64,000 nt of DNA from Octopus vulgaris (taxonomy: Eukaryota). Below, one piece after another: positions 1-11,842 of this stretch. The stretch is from the NCBI GenBank assembly GCA_951406725.2, contig OX597819.1, positions 44,888,001 through 44,952,000 on the forward strand, in the 5' to 3' direction. The position numbers and the translations under genes were made by a program. Below the pieces are notes generated by a model. It was not told the origin of the DNA, searched no databases, and saw only the letters and a program-made list of their open reading frames with translations. Within the stretch, counting starts at the first letter, position 1, and each line of letters begins with the position of its first letter.

Positions 1-460
1 GCTTGAGCAGAAATACTTTGAGTTCTATAAGTCGTGTTTCTGGAATTTGGATCATCGAAAATAGCGCAAATTTTCCTGGCTAGACAGTACGGGACGTTGC
101 AGTTTGTGTGTGTTGGGTGACATGGTTTGAAATTTGGATACTGTTGTGTTTCTGTGCTTTTGTAATAAATGTCAGTTGTGATTGCGGTGTTGTTTTTAAT
201 TACCATTATGTGAAGAAATCGTGATTGTGCGTTGCTTATTTCTCCTGTGAATTATCGGGGAGGGTGCTGAATTCTTCCAGATTTTTAGGGATTTCGTCCA
301 CATTAGGAAACAATCATCTTTTCCATGTGTCCTCTATATGTCTTTTAAAGGTTATGACTTAGTTCTTTTCAATTTTTTAATATAGGTTTTGTTCTAAGTA
401 TTCTAATACTGAGTTCACGAAAACTGGAGCAAATCGTGTCCCCATAGCTGTGCCTCGAAT
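1..460 (-). mobile_element. Penelope-like element (PLE) reverse transcriptase remnant, runs off the window start
   Basis: Manual minus-strand translation gives IRGTAMGTRFAPVF..LEYLEQ, WKR/DDCFLMW and FLHIMVIK..TTDIYYKSTETQQY.NF.PCHPTH..NVPYCLARKICAI. These match PLE RT motifs (GTAMG..AP, WxRYxDD, TDxYxKPT, HP) but carry stops and frameshifts. Confidence 0.85.
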
Positions 461-467
461 TAAGCAC

Positions 468-514
468 ATTTGAACTCTGATGAGTACACTAAGTATGAAA
501 GCGATAATTTAAAT
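468..514 (+). ncRNA. Degenerate minimal type I hammerhead ribozyme motif (PLE pLTR-type)
   Basis: atttgaact-CTGATGA-GTAC actaa GTAT-GAAA-gcga-TA-atttaaat. The core is intact, stem II has one G-U pair, and stem I has 8 bp with a bulge. Confidence 0.55.
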
Positions 515-561
515 ACCATAATAAAAAACGTGAAACTAGACCATGTTTTAACTTCATCCAA

Positions 562-601
<40 letters not shown>

Positions 602-645
602 AAACAAGTCAAAATAGAAAATGCTAAAATAATTTTATAAAGAAC

Positions 646-690
646 ATTTCAGTACCGGTTTCGGTCATTTTGAGACCTTTTCAACTGTAA
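646..690 (-). ncRNA. Minimal type I hammerhead ribozyme motif with U3-A8 covariant core
   Basis: Minus strand reads cag-TTGAAAA-GGTC tcaaaat GACC-GAAA-CCGG-TA-ctg. It has a palindromic stem III loop and a GUA cleavage triplet, inside a ~270-bp insert between (TA)n runs. Confidence 0.6.
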
Positions 691-859
691 CGATTAAATA
701 ATTAAATTTATAAAAATTAGAAGAAAAGTTTTTTTAAAGGAATATTTGTATAGTGTTCAGATGTAAGTGGCATTCTGCCTTTCTCTGACTCCCTTGTTTG
801 CACTTGTGTGTTCGAGCGTTTTTCATATATATCAACTCGTGTGTTCCTTTTCACCCTTT

Positions 860-902
<43 letters not shown>

Positions 903-1010
903 TGCATATACATATCTACATACATGTATGCATATATATATATATATATATATGTACATGTATATATATATATATATACATAATTATACGCACACACACA
1001 CACACTCACA

Positions 1011-1056
<46 letters not shown>

Positions 1057-1191
1057 CATATATATATATACACACCTATATATGAATATATGACAGTTGA
1101 AATATGAAATTCACTTTCATATTTGTATTCATTTGTACAGTTTAGATTTGCATGATATGCTTTGAATTCTGTTAGGTGTGTTAGTAGATAT

Positions 1192-1380
1192 TCTTTTATT
1201 TGTTCCAGTCATTTGACTGCCGCCATGCTGGAGCACCGCCTTTAGTCGAACAGATCGACCCTTGGACTTATTCTTTGTGAGCCTAGTACTTATTCTATCG
1301 GTCTCTTTTGCCGAATTGCTAGGATACTGGGACGTAAACACCATGTGGTTGGTAAGCAAGCTTCTTACCACACAGCCACT
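1192..1380 (-). mobile_element. tRNA/CORE-type SINE (family 1), internally deleted: head fused directly to the 3' module
   Basis: Reverse complement of the 3' module (ggtgctccagcatggc..tgactg) adjoins head sequence, without the CORE segment or internal microsatellite seen in full copies. Confidence 0.8.
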
Positions 1381-1650
1381 GCTGTGATATGTAGATACAT
1401 ATTATAATACTTTTGAAGATGATATGAAACGTTGGAAGGCGGAGCTTTACACAATCTGTGACATACTGTAAGAAACACTGCCGGTCATCGATGTCACTAT
1501 CAACAGAATTTTAGCTGTAGTATGTAGTGAATAACTTATGAAGTTGTTGTATATTGTTTGTATGTATGTATGTAAAATCATATACACAGGCCTATATTAA
1601 TGTGTGTGCGTGAACTTGTGCAAGATCTCGGTAGTATATGTATAACTGTA

Positions 1651-2078
1651 AGGCGGTGAGTTGGCAGAAGCGTTAGCATACCGGGTAAAATGCTTAGCAG
1701 TCTTTCGTCTGCCGCTGCGCTCTGAGTTCAAATTCCGCCGAGGTTGTTTTACCTTTCATCCTTTCGGGGTCGATTAAATAAGTAGTAGTTACGCATTGGA
1801 GTCGATATAATCGATTTAATCCGTTTGTCTGACCTTGTTTGTCCCCTCTGTGTGTAGCCCCTTGTTGGCAGTAAAGAAATACGAAACGTTAGCACGCCGG
1901 GCGAAATTCTTAGCAGTATTTCGTCTGTCATTACGTTATGAGTTGAAATTCCGCCTAAGTCGACTTTGCCTTTCATCCTTTTGAGGTCAATAAATTAATT
2001 ACCAGTTCGTACCGGGGTCGATCTAATCGACTGGGCCCCTCCCCACCAAAATTGTTGGCCTTGTGCCTAGAGGGAAAA
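1651..2078 (+). mobile_element. Two tandem/nested tRNA-derived SINEs (family 2, Meta/MESC-like central domain)
   Basis: Head ggcggtgagttggcagaa, B-box gagttcaaattcc, central cctttcatcctttcggggtcgattaaataagta. A second headless unit starts at ~1883 and has a different tail. Confidence 0.85.
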
Positions 2079-2224
2079 AGTATGTGTATAACTGTAGTTG
2101 GAAAAAGGAAAGAAAGCTTCTCTAATTCTTTCTCTGATGAGAAATTAAAGTCCAAAATATTATGAGAAGTTTTCTTTCTGTTAAAGCGCTGAATTATTAC
2201 CTTATTTGTTAAAACGTGTTCTTT

Positions 2225-2375
2225 GGCTGTGTGGTAAAAGCTTGCTTCCAAACCACATGGTACTGCTTTGAGACCCACTGCATGTCAACTTGAACAAGTG
2301 TCTTCTACTATAGACTCGAGCAGACCAAAGCGTTGTGAGCAGATTTGGTAGATGGAAACTGAAAGAAGCCCGTCG

Positions 2376-2412
<37 letters not shown>

Positions 2413-2680
2413 ATGTGTGTGTATGTATGTATGTATGTATCTATGTGTGCGCGTCTTTGAGTCTGTTTGTCCCCCCATCACCGCTTGCACCATGCTGGTG
2501 TGTTTACGTCCCCGTAACTTTGTAGTTTGCCAAAAGAGACCGATAGGAAAAGTACTAGGTTTAAGAAGTAGGTCCTGTGGTCAATTTGTTTGACTAAAAA
2601 AGAAGCCCTTCAAGGCGGTGCTCCAGCATGGCCGCAAACAAATGACTGAAATAAGTGAAAAATAAAAGAAGAATAAAAGA
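2225..2680 (+). mobile_element. Full-length tripartite SINE family 1 (tRNA head + CORE-like segment + internal (TA)n(TG)n + 3' module)
   Basis: Matches copies at 9233, 21001 and 46797; ends tgactgaaataagt..aaaaga. Confidence 0.85.
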
Positions 2681-2695
2681 ATATAAATACATACA

Positions 2696-2735
<40 letters not shown>

Positions 2736-2800
2736 TGACAGACAGAAAGAGAGACAGAGAGATAGAGAGAGTGTGAGGGATAAATAGATAGATATAGATA

Positions 2801-3042
2801 TAGCAATCCCTCGTCATATCGTGGTTCACCTATCGCGGTTCACCTACTGCGGTTTATTATTTAAGCTTACTTCGATTCCTCCGAAGTGTTGTTTTGCATG
2901 TGTAATAAAATAAATATATAGATATTGTTAAAATAATAATAAAATAATATGCAGTACAGTACTTTTTATACTTTCTGGATTTTCACCTATCACGGTGCTT
3001 TTTGGAAAATTACACCCACCCGCGATAGTCGAGGTATTACGG
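2801..3042. mobile_element. Tigger/pogo-like MITE
   Basis: Imperfect ~23-bp TIRs tagcaatccctcgtcatatcgtgg / ccgcgatagtcgaggtattacgg, with subterminal ttcacctatcgcgg repeats. Confidence 0.55.
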
Positions 3043-3407
3043 TGTATATAAAACCACAAAACCTTGTATGAATCAAGCTGCAGTCAGATAACGAAACGCA
3101 TTATAATCAAACTAAACGAAACCGTATTTATTGAACGAGGGGCCTTTTGAAAATTTACCTAACAAAATGCATCCGCAATGAACCATGTCCCACAAGCAAT
3201 TGTCCACCATCTCATCTGTGAGAGACCAATACAAGACGGCTTGAAATGATCGTTGCGATCAATAAAGTATATTGTGTATTCCGTTTCTCTTTCTCTCTTT
3301 TGTTATATAATTGTGCGTGTGTGTGCGTGTGTGTGTTCGTGCGTGTGTGTGTTCGTGCGCGTGTGTGTATATATATACATATATATGTATATATATATAT
3401 ATATATA

Positions 3408-3460
<53 letters not shown>

Positions 3461-3609
3461 GAGAGAGAGAGAGCTTCAATTCATGCATATTAACAAATAT
3501 GCGTGCATACATTTCCCCCTCCTAGCTATACTAGTTACTACACGTTCAAGATTTTAAAGAAACTTGAAACTCTTTATCTTTTGATGCCGGCTTATTATTC
3601 AGCGTTAAT

Positions 3610-3661
<52 letters not shown>

Positions 3662-3687
3662 CATATATACATACATACATACATACA

Positions 3688-3751
<64 letters not shown>

Positions 3752-3752
3752 C

Positions 3753-3908
3753 ATGCACGATGCATGATGCATGATGCATGAATGAATGGATGAATGGATA
3801 GATGTATACATATATGATCATATATACATATATATATGTGTGTGTGTGTGTGAGCGATCAGGATGACTTTTTTCCCATTTTGAAGGATTACGTAAACCAG
3901 ATAAACAT
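3753..3908 (+). repeat. 156-bp segment duplicated at 4937-5092
   Basis: Near-identical direct repeat that includes the unique sequence gagcgatcaggatgacttttttcccattttgaaggattacgtaaaccagataaacat. Confidence 0.9.
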
Positions 3909-4886
3909 TCTTTCCTACACATGGCGGCCTATTTCAAAGAAATCTGCTTTGTTTATCGATAAATCAATTTAATGATACATGAGTTTTACGCATTTGAGTT
4001 TTGTGTGTGCGCAAGTGTGTATGCTTGCATGCCACGCATACATACACGTATACATGCATACAAACATACATACATACATACATACATACACACATACAAA
4101 CATACATATATACATACATACATACACACACACATGCATACATACACACATATATACATACATACATACATACATACACACATACATACATATATATTAG
4201 ATGGATAGGTGGATAGATAGATCCATAGATGAATGCATACATGAACACAGGTATATATGTGTGTGGTTTCGTGTGTACAAAGGTCATGTGTATGAAATCT
4301 ATTCATATATCGTTACCCGCATACAGAAGAGGGGGGGGAAGAGGAGGAGAGAAAGAGAGAGAAAGAGAGAGAGAGAGAGAAATATCTGGAAAGACATATA
4401 CAGAGACAGAAGAAAGAAATTTTTCCGAGTAAGTTAATACTCTTCTTTAAAACAGTAATGTTTCTCGCAGTTGTTCATTAATCCCGGAAGGGATCTGCTT
4501 GTCCTTAGCCCAGCTTTAAAATCCTGCATATGTGCTCATCGCTATGCGAATATATACATACATATACAGATTCATACTTACACAGAAAGCAATCGTAAAC
4601 ACTTGTACAACTCTTACAGAAGTTTGCATCAACTAGTTCCAATGGAGGCAAATTATGACCAAACTCGTTCTCATCAAAATGTTTTTCCTCTTTTTTAGTA
4701 ATAGACGGAAACTGAGGAGCCGATCGTAAATATATATGAAAGAAGGTTTGAAAATACAATTTTAAAGATGCTTATTCACTTGACCAATTTAACCTTGTCA
4801 AAAGTAAAATGTAAAGATTTGTAAAAGCTTTAACCAGTACTTAACACAACAAAGCTTTTACAAAGCTTTACATTTTACTTTTGACG

Positions 4887-4942
<56 letters not shown>

Positions 4943-5117
4943 GATGCATGATGCATGATGCATGAATGAATGGATGAATGGATAGATGTATACATATATG
5001 ATCATATATACATATATATATATGTGTGTGTGTGTGAGCGATCAGGATGACTTTTTTCCCATTTTGAAGGATTACGTAAACCAGATAAACATGTGAAGGA
5101 AATCTAATTCTCGCCGA

Positions 5118-5187
5118 CAACTATGATTGTCACACGCTGACGAGAGGTCAATACCTCGAAACTCGAGTCCGTGTGTATCATAAGTTG
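5118..5187 (+). ncRNA. Canonical type I hammerhead ribozyme; predicted cleavage after C5169 (GUC)
   Basis: cacacg-CTGACGA-GAGGT caat ACCTC-GAAA-CTCGAG-TC-cgtgtg. Core and stems are perfect. Stem I extends past an internal loop (caactatgat/atcataagttg), and stem III is the palindrome ACTCGAGT. Confidence 0.9.
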
Positions 5188-5385
5188 AAGACGGGAAGGA
5201 TGACTTCCCTTTGCAAATACTGACAGGACACAGAAAGTGTGTCTATGGCCAGCTGGAGGAGTGTGTCCTCCTGGGGCTAAAAACTACAGTAGCATCCACC
5301 CTTAGGGGTAGCCATATTGAGATGGCAAATATACGTCACGATGTGTTACCGCTACTGTATATAACTCACTTTGATATTTATCATT

Positions 5386-5434
<49 letters not shown>

Positions 5435-5638
5435 GTGCATATATTTTATAATTATGAATATAATTTTAATTAGGGTTCAGCAAAAATTTGCTTCACCACA
5501 TACCGAACTTTAGAAATAGCAGCCAAAGAACCTTAGCTATTTCTTCTACTATAAGAAGAAACTCACAGACAACAAATACTCAAAACAACCCATGTAGACA
5601 GAGAGGAAAAACAACGAAATTCACTCGGTATTTGATTA

Positions 5639-5721
5639 CCTGTGGACGCGTTTCGGAAATAGATCGGTATGAAGAATGTAAAAATCACACTTCATCCAAT
5701 CATTTTCTTCTTCAGCACAGG
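5639..5721 (-). ncRNA. Type I hammerhead ribozyme with long stem II
   Basis: Minus strand reads cctgtg-CTGAAGA-a-[~55-nt imperfect hairpin gaaaatgattggatgaag..cttcataccgatctatttcc]-GAAA-CGCG-TC-cacagg, with a GUC triplet. Confidence 0.8.
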
Positions 5722-5940
5722 ATTCCAAGATCAGGATTCCAAGATCCAAGATTTTAAATTTGAGAGCACTGAAAAAATTGAACATACCTATCCAATTCAA
5801 GCAGTATCAGACAAACTGTATCCAATGACCAGTACCAACGAATTCAAAACATACGAATGAGGTCTCTCATCTTTATTATTATTGACATACATACATACAT
5901 ACATACATACATACATACATACATACATACATACACATAC

Positions 5941-6034
<94 letters not shown>

Positions 6035-6039
6035 TTATA

Positions 6040-6268
6040 TGTGTGTGTCTGTGTCTGTGTCTTTGTCCCCCCGACACCATCGTTTGACAACCAATTTTGG
6101 TGTGTTTACATCCACGTAACTTAGCAGTTCGGCAAAAGAGACCGATAGAATAAGCACTAGGCTTACAAAGAATGAATCCTGGGCTCGATTTGTCTGAAGT
6201 CTCTTAAGATGGTATATTTGCAATTCTCATGACTGAAACAAGTAAAAGAGTGAAAGGATAAAAGAGTA
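6040..6268 (+). mobile_element. SINE family 1, 3' module only
   Basis: tttgtccccc..ttgacaacc..gtaacttagcagttcggcaaaagagaccgatagaataag..tgactgaaacaagtaaaagag, following (TA)n. Confidence 0.8.
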
Positions 6269-6406
6269 AATTAGCATATATTATTGAATGTGTGTTCTTC
6301 CATTTTTTGACAATGTGTAACATGCATATTCTGCTGAACTCTGTTTCCGTATAATGATGTGAAACTCTATAATCTATAAAGATGAAATTAACGATATATG
6401 TTGGAC

Positions 6407-6705
6407 ATAAACTTAGATAAACTTAGATATGTTTCGACCAAAGATTGGTCCAGGCCATGTCTAACTTAATAGCACCACCTGATAGGATTATTCGAATCCT
6501 GTTTAAGTCAAGTTTTGTTCAAGTAGTGAGTTCTTGTTGGGTGAGCTGTATCCAGTTTTGTTCAAGTAATGAGTTCTTGTTGGGTGAGTTGTATCCAATT
6601 ATGGGTGGCTTATCTGGAATTCTTTGAAGGAATCTATCCAGACTCTGTTTTAAGTTGATGGGATCCTTTTCCTCTTTGATCTCTCTCGGGACAATGTTAA
6701 ATAGG
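6407..6705 (-). mobile_element. 5'-truncated LINE 3' end (CR1/L2-group-like)
   Basis: Minus translation LFNIVPREIKEEKDPINLKQSLDRFLQRIPDKPPIIGYNSPNKNSLLE, a short 3' UTR and an (atctaagttt)2 tail. It contains an internal 39-bp tandem duplication. Confidence 0.6.
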
Positions 6706-7914
6706 GAATTTTTTTCAGGTTAAATGGATTTGGTCATAAAACTAGAAAAAAAAATTATTTTCGGTCACATTGTTGCCATCATTGGGTGACTAAACCAAAA
6801 ACACAATTGCTAAACTTTGTTTCTGTATAATGATGAGAAACTGTGTAAACTGTAAAACTGAGATTAACGATGTATGTTGGACATTGAATAGTTTAAGGAA
6901 TATTTTAGGCTAAATGAATTTGGTAATAAAACTAGAAGAAAAATAAAGGTTGTTTTTTCATGCACATTCTTGCCATCATGTGAGTGGCTTACACAAAACA
7001 ATTCATCTGCTGTTAATAGATTTACTATGCAATCTAATGCGTTCAAGTTTAGTACCACAACGTACCACGAGACATTAATAACTTCTCTTATAGCATTCGA
7101 TCGGTCTAAACTTGGAAATGATTTCCAACAGGTGTTTCGGCTGGATCTGGTCGAGGGGGAACAAAAGCAACCTGCACACAGTTTGAGGGCAATCTGTTAG
7201 TATGTTAACTCTAAGGGAAGTAACTCTGTATCAGTCATGCTGGTAGCGTCGACACTGTTGATATTCACTGATGCTATGACTCCTAATGTTATTTCTTATT
7301 TAAATATAATTTTGAAAGCAGACACAGCGGAAAGGAGTTCCAGCTAGATCAAATGTTCATGTAATTTATATGAACGTGTTTCTGATATCCAACTGGTTAG
7401 AAAATGTCAGCAGAAGGGCACCCAGGAGTCATGACTGGGATGCGGCCCTACCAGCTAAGAGTATAAGTTAACTGCGGAGCACTTGTCTGAGCGGGGTCCC
7501 TTCTCTGAAGGCCTGCTGTTGAGCTCTCTTCGGATTTTGTAACCACTTGGATCGGTCAGAAACTTGTGAATAAAAATCGGTAAACGAGACCTTGAAGACA
7601 CTCGTTACATTTTCAAAGCTGTTCTTATATGATAAACTCACATCACCTTTCTCTAACGCGACTAACTGGATCGTGGGTACCTTTGAAAAGCCGATATTTG
7701 GACCAATTTGCCTGTCTCCTTCTGTCTGCTTTCAGCTTCTTTCTCTCTACAAAACTCTTTACATGGGGTACAATCATGCTCAGATTAATCACAAATAGTG
7801 AGTGGAGATATAAATTTCAATGTCTTTACCTCTACTACTATTTGTCCCGGAGAATATCATCTTTTATAAAAGAACATGTTTTATCGCCAGTAGGACTTGT
7901 TTTTCTACAAACTA

Positions 7915-8680
7915 CAAAATATATTTATTTATACTAGAAAATATATGTACTTATAGCAGAAAATATATTCATCCATACAAGAAAAATGCTTTTACTTATA
8001 GGAAAAAATGTTTTCTCTAAAAAATAGTTTGTGTATTTATCTATACAAGGTAAAATATTTATCTATTCTTGAAAATATAATTATACTAAAAAATGCGCTT
8101 ACGTATACCAGAAAATCCATTTATTTACATCGAGAAAATGCATTTATTTAAAACCGAAAATGTATTTAATCTAGAAAATTTATACCAGAAAATGTAGTTA
8201 TATATACTAGAAAATATACTCATCTATAATCGAAAATATTTTCATATAGATTAGAAAAAGAATTTGCATATATGATAAAATGCATCTGTCTATAGCAGAA
8301 AAGTTATTTTTCCATTTATGAAAACACGTGTATGTGCATTGGAAAAGGAATTTGTCTATAGCATGAAGTGTATTTATCCAGATGACAATATTTATGCATC
8401 TATATGAGAAAATATGTTTATCTGTACATGAGTATAAATACATATATGTTGCAAAAAATATACATGTATCTATTCTAGAAAAGATATTCATCTATAAAAA
8501 GAAATGCATTTTTTTTATACTCCATGATAAAAAAAAATGTAGTTGTCTACCGCAGAAAATACATTTCAGCAAATTAGAAAATGGATTTACCTATATAGCA
8601 GAACATTAATTTCTCAAGAAAATATATTTATGTATAATAGAAAATCTATTTGCTATTGCGAAAGAAGTACTTATCTCAGT
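7915..8680. repeat. Degenerate ~22-24-bp AT-rich minisatellite
   Basis: Recurrent unit resembling atatatttatctatactagaaa across ~750 bp. Confidence 0.65.
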
Positions 8681-8708
8681 GAGGAAGTACATATACTCCT
8701 ATATTTAG

Positions 8709-8777
<69 letters not shown>

Positions 8778-8798
8778 CATACATATATATATATATGT

Positions 8799-8848
<50 letters not shown>

Positions 8849-8861
8849 TCACGCATATATA

Positions 8862-9022
8862 GGCACAGGCGTGACTGTGTGGTAAGAAGCTTGCTTCCCA
8901 ACCACATGGTTCTGGGTTCAGTTCCACTGCGTAGCACCTTTGGAAAATGTCTTCTGCTATAGCCTCAGGCGACCAAAAGCTTGTGAGTGGATTTGGTAGA
9001 CGGAAACCGAGTGAAGCCCGTC

Positions 9023-9025
<3 letters not shown>
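8862..9025 (+). mobile_element. SINE family 1, 5' half
   Basis: ggcacaggcgtgactgtgtggtaag..ggttcagttcc..caccttgg..gaagcccgtcg, followed by (TA)n. Confidence 0.85.
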
Positions 9026-9084
<59 letters not shown>

Positions 9085-9232
9085 GACTATATTTGTGTAA
9101 TAAATGGATTTATAGAAACGCCCGGCTATCACAGGAATATTCAGTACTCATACATTTTTATGGGCATATGTGTGTGTACGTATGTGCGTGAGTGTATGTA
9201 TGTATATATATCTATATTTATATATTTATATA

Positions 9233-9407
9233 GGCGCAGGAGTGGCTCATAGGCGCAGGAGTGGATGTATGATAAGTAGCTTGTTTACCAACCACATGGT
9301 GGCACACGCGTGGCACCTCGGGCAAGTGTCTTCTACTATAGCCTCGGGCCGACGTAAGCCTTGTGAGTGGACTTGGTAGACAGAAACTGAAAGACGCCCG
9401 TCGTATG

Positions 9408-9458
<51 letters not shown>

Positions 9459-9669
9459 TTGTGTGTCTGTGTTTGTCCCCCTAGCATTGCTTGACAACCG
9501 ATGCTGTTGTGTTTTTGTCCCCGTTACTTAGCGGTTCGGCAAAAGAGACCGATAGAATAAGTACTGGGCTTTCAAAAGAATAAGTCCCAGAGTCGAGTTG
9601 CTCGATTAAAGGTGGTGCTCCAGCATGGCTGCAGTCAAATGACTGAAACAAGTAAAAGAGTAAAAGAGT
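9233..9669 (+). mobile_element. SINE family 1, near full length with a duplicated 5' end
   Basis: ggcgcaggagtgg occurs twice; CORE-like ggcacctcgggcaagtgtcttct; internal (TA)n(TG)n; 3' module present. Confidence 0.88.
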
Positions 9670-10122
9670 ATATATACGTACATACGTCATTATTTAGTTT
9701 ATTTCAAGATTCTTTGTGAATTGAGAAAGAACCGGTTCTAACCTTGACCCAAGGATCCTTCATTGGAACTTCAACATCAACAATAGGCTAATTTTTTGTA
9801 TATATGTATATGTGTATGTATGTATGTATGTATGTATGTATGTATGTATGTATGTATGTATGTATGTATGTATTATCATGCATGTAGTTGCATATCCAGT
9901 CATGGACATGCATATTTAAATGATAAATTTCTTGAAAGTTTTACAGATTTTTGCAGTTCCAGTGATAGAATGGATCTGTAGTCTTCGAACTAGCTTTCTC
10001 CTTTCTAGTTTTGAGAAGCCTAATATCTCAAGATTGTTATTTAGGTAGTGTGTTACATATCCCAGGCCCTCGATAATTACAGGTATAAAGCTGAACTTTT
10101 ATTCTGGATAGAGTAACTGCAG

Positions 10123-10153
<31 letters not shown>

Positions 10154-10209
10154 TGTATGTATGTATGTATGTATGTATGTATGTATGTATGTATGTATGT
10201 ATGTATGAA

Positions 10210-10528
10210 GGCGCGTGGCTTAGTGGTTAGAGCATTCGGCTCATGATTGTAAGGTCGTGAGTTCAATTCCCAGCGACGCGTTGTGTCCTTGAGCAAGGCA
10301 CTTTATTTCACGTTGCTCCAGTCCACTCAACTGGTAAAAAGGAGTTGCGCTTGTATTTCAAAATGCCGGCCATGTCACACTGTGTGTCACGCTGAATCTC
10401 CCTGAGAACTACGTTAGGGGTACACGTGTCTGTGGATTGCTCAGTCACTTACACGTTAATATCACGAGGAAGCTGTTCCGTTGATCGTATCAGATGGGAC
10501 CCTCTTCGTTGCAACCGACGGAGTGCTC
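10210..10528 (+). mobile_element. tRNA-derived CORE-type SINE (family 3) inserted in (TATG)n
   Basis: A-box tggcttagtgg, B-box gagttcaattcc, CORE-like tgtgtccttgagcaaggcacttta. Confidence 0.8.
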
Positions 10529-10571
10529 ATTTTGTATGTATGTATGTATGTATGTATTATGTAACTATGTA

Positions 10572-11280
10572 CAAGGTGCATTCCAGAAGTTTTAAGACTT
10601 TAACAGAAGAGACATTTATAAATTCAAAAGAAGCACATAACTCTAATCTCCTTCAAAGTAGGCTTCCCTGACCTCAGTGCATGCTTTGTAGCGCTCCAGC
10701 CACTTCGTGAAGACCGCACAGCAACTCCCTAAGGTGAAGGTGTCCACAGCTTCCTTGATCTTCTCTGTCAGTTCAGGGTACGACGAAAAACCAGAGGGAG
10801 CAAAATCTGGACTTTAAAGAATGTGAAGAATCACTTTTTTGTGCCTGTCTCTTTCCATTAGTTAGTTATCAAGATGGAATTGTTGACCAAGAATTGTTTA
10901 GTTGCCGGTGCCACCGACCAGAGCTCTGGTTGTTTGCGACAGAATTTCAAAACCTCCAGGAAGCACTTTTTGTTGACCGTCTGACCGTGATGCCACTACT
11001 CTCGTAAGAGACGATCATCACGAGCCCATCCTGCCTATCAGGATCCTATCGTGCCAGATGAAAACAGATTCTCGGGTCACTGTTTTAGTGCATTAGCATC
11101 CTGGTGCATTCCATATGTTTCTGTAACATTTTTGTCTAGACTAATACAAAAATCTATTCCAAATTTTCTTCATGCCCCGACTGCATTCTGTAAACTAGTC
11201 ATCTGTGATATGCAGTGTTTAGAAGGCTGTGCTAAAAGGGTTGTTACAGCCGTCCCAATCTGGAATAACATAAGTTGGTA
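10572..11280 (-). mobile_element. Decayed, internally deleted mariner element
   Basis: Minus-strand fragments IDFCISLDKNVTETYGM, HGQTVNKKCFLEVLK..PELW, SPDFAPSGF and KWLERYKAC..AYFEGD. Confidence 0.7.
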
Positions 11281-11715
11281 GGTTAGCGTATAAGATGTAT
11301 GGTAAAGATATACGAAAATTACAATAATTTAAGCACATTTATAACTACCTCTTCTCAAAATAGTATCAAAAAGTCTGGAGTGAACTGTGCACGGGCTATG
11401 AGTGAGTGTATGTGTGCATATCTCCATGTATTTATGTATATCTGCATACATTCATTACTATATATGTACGCATACATGTATGTGTATATGTGCGCGTGTA
11501 TGTGACTGTGTCTGCGTTTTGGTGTATATATGTATGTACGAATTTGAAACATACATGTCTGAAAACATAGAAATATACTTGAATATATACTATCATACAC
11601 ACGCACACACACACACAAACACATACACACATATATATATGTATGCATGCATATTTGCGTACATATATATTTATGCACAAATACATGCATAATACACACA
11701 CGCATGCATACATAC

Positions 11716-11842
<127 letters not shown>

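Noticed and set aside
2134-2150. Isolated CTGATGA core matches (also CTGAAGA at 42423 and CTGATGA at 53629)
   Set aside because: No stem II/GAAA/stem I architecture.
9735-9780. Minus-strand HHR-like remnant (CAATGAAGG..TAGAACCGG), with a similar one at ~45235
   Set aside because: The core is too degenerate to call.
10210-10285. tRNA-like sequences here and at 49185
   Set aside because: They continue into SINE bodies and lack a proper acceptor stem, so they are SINE heads rather than tRNA genes.
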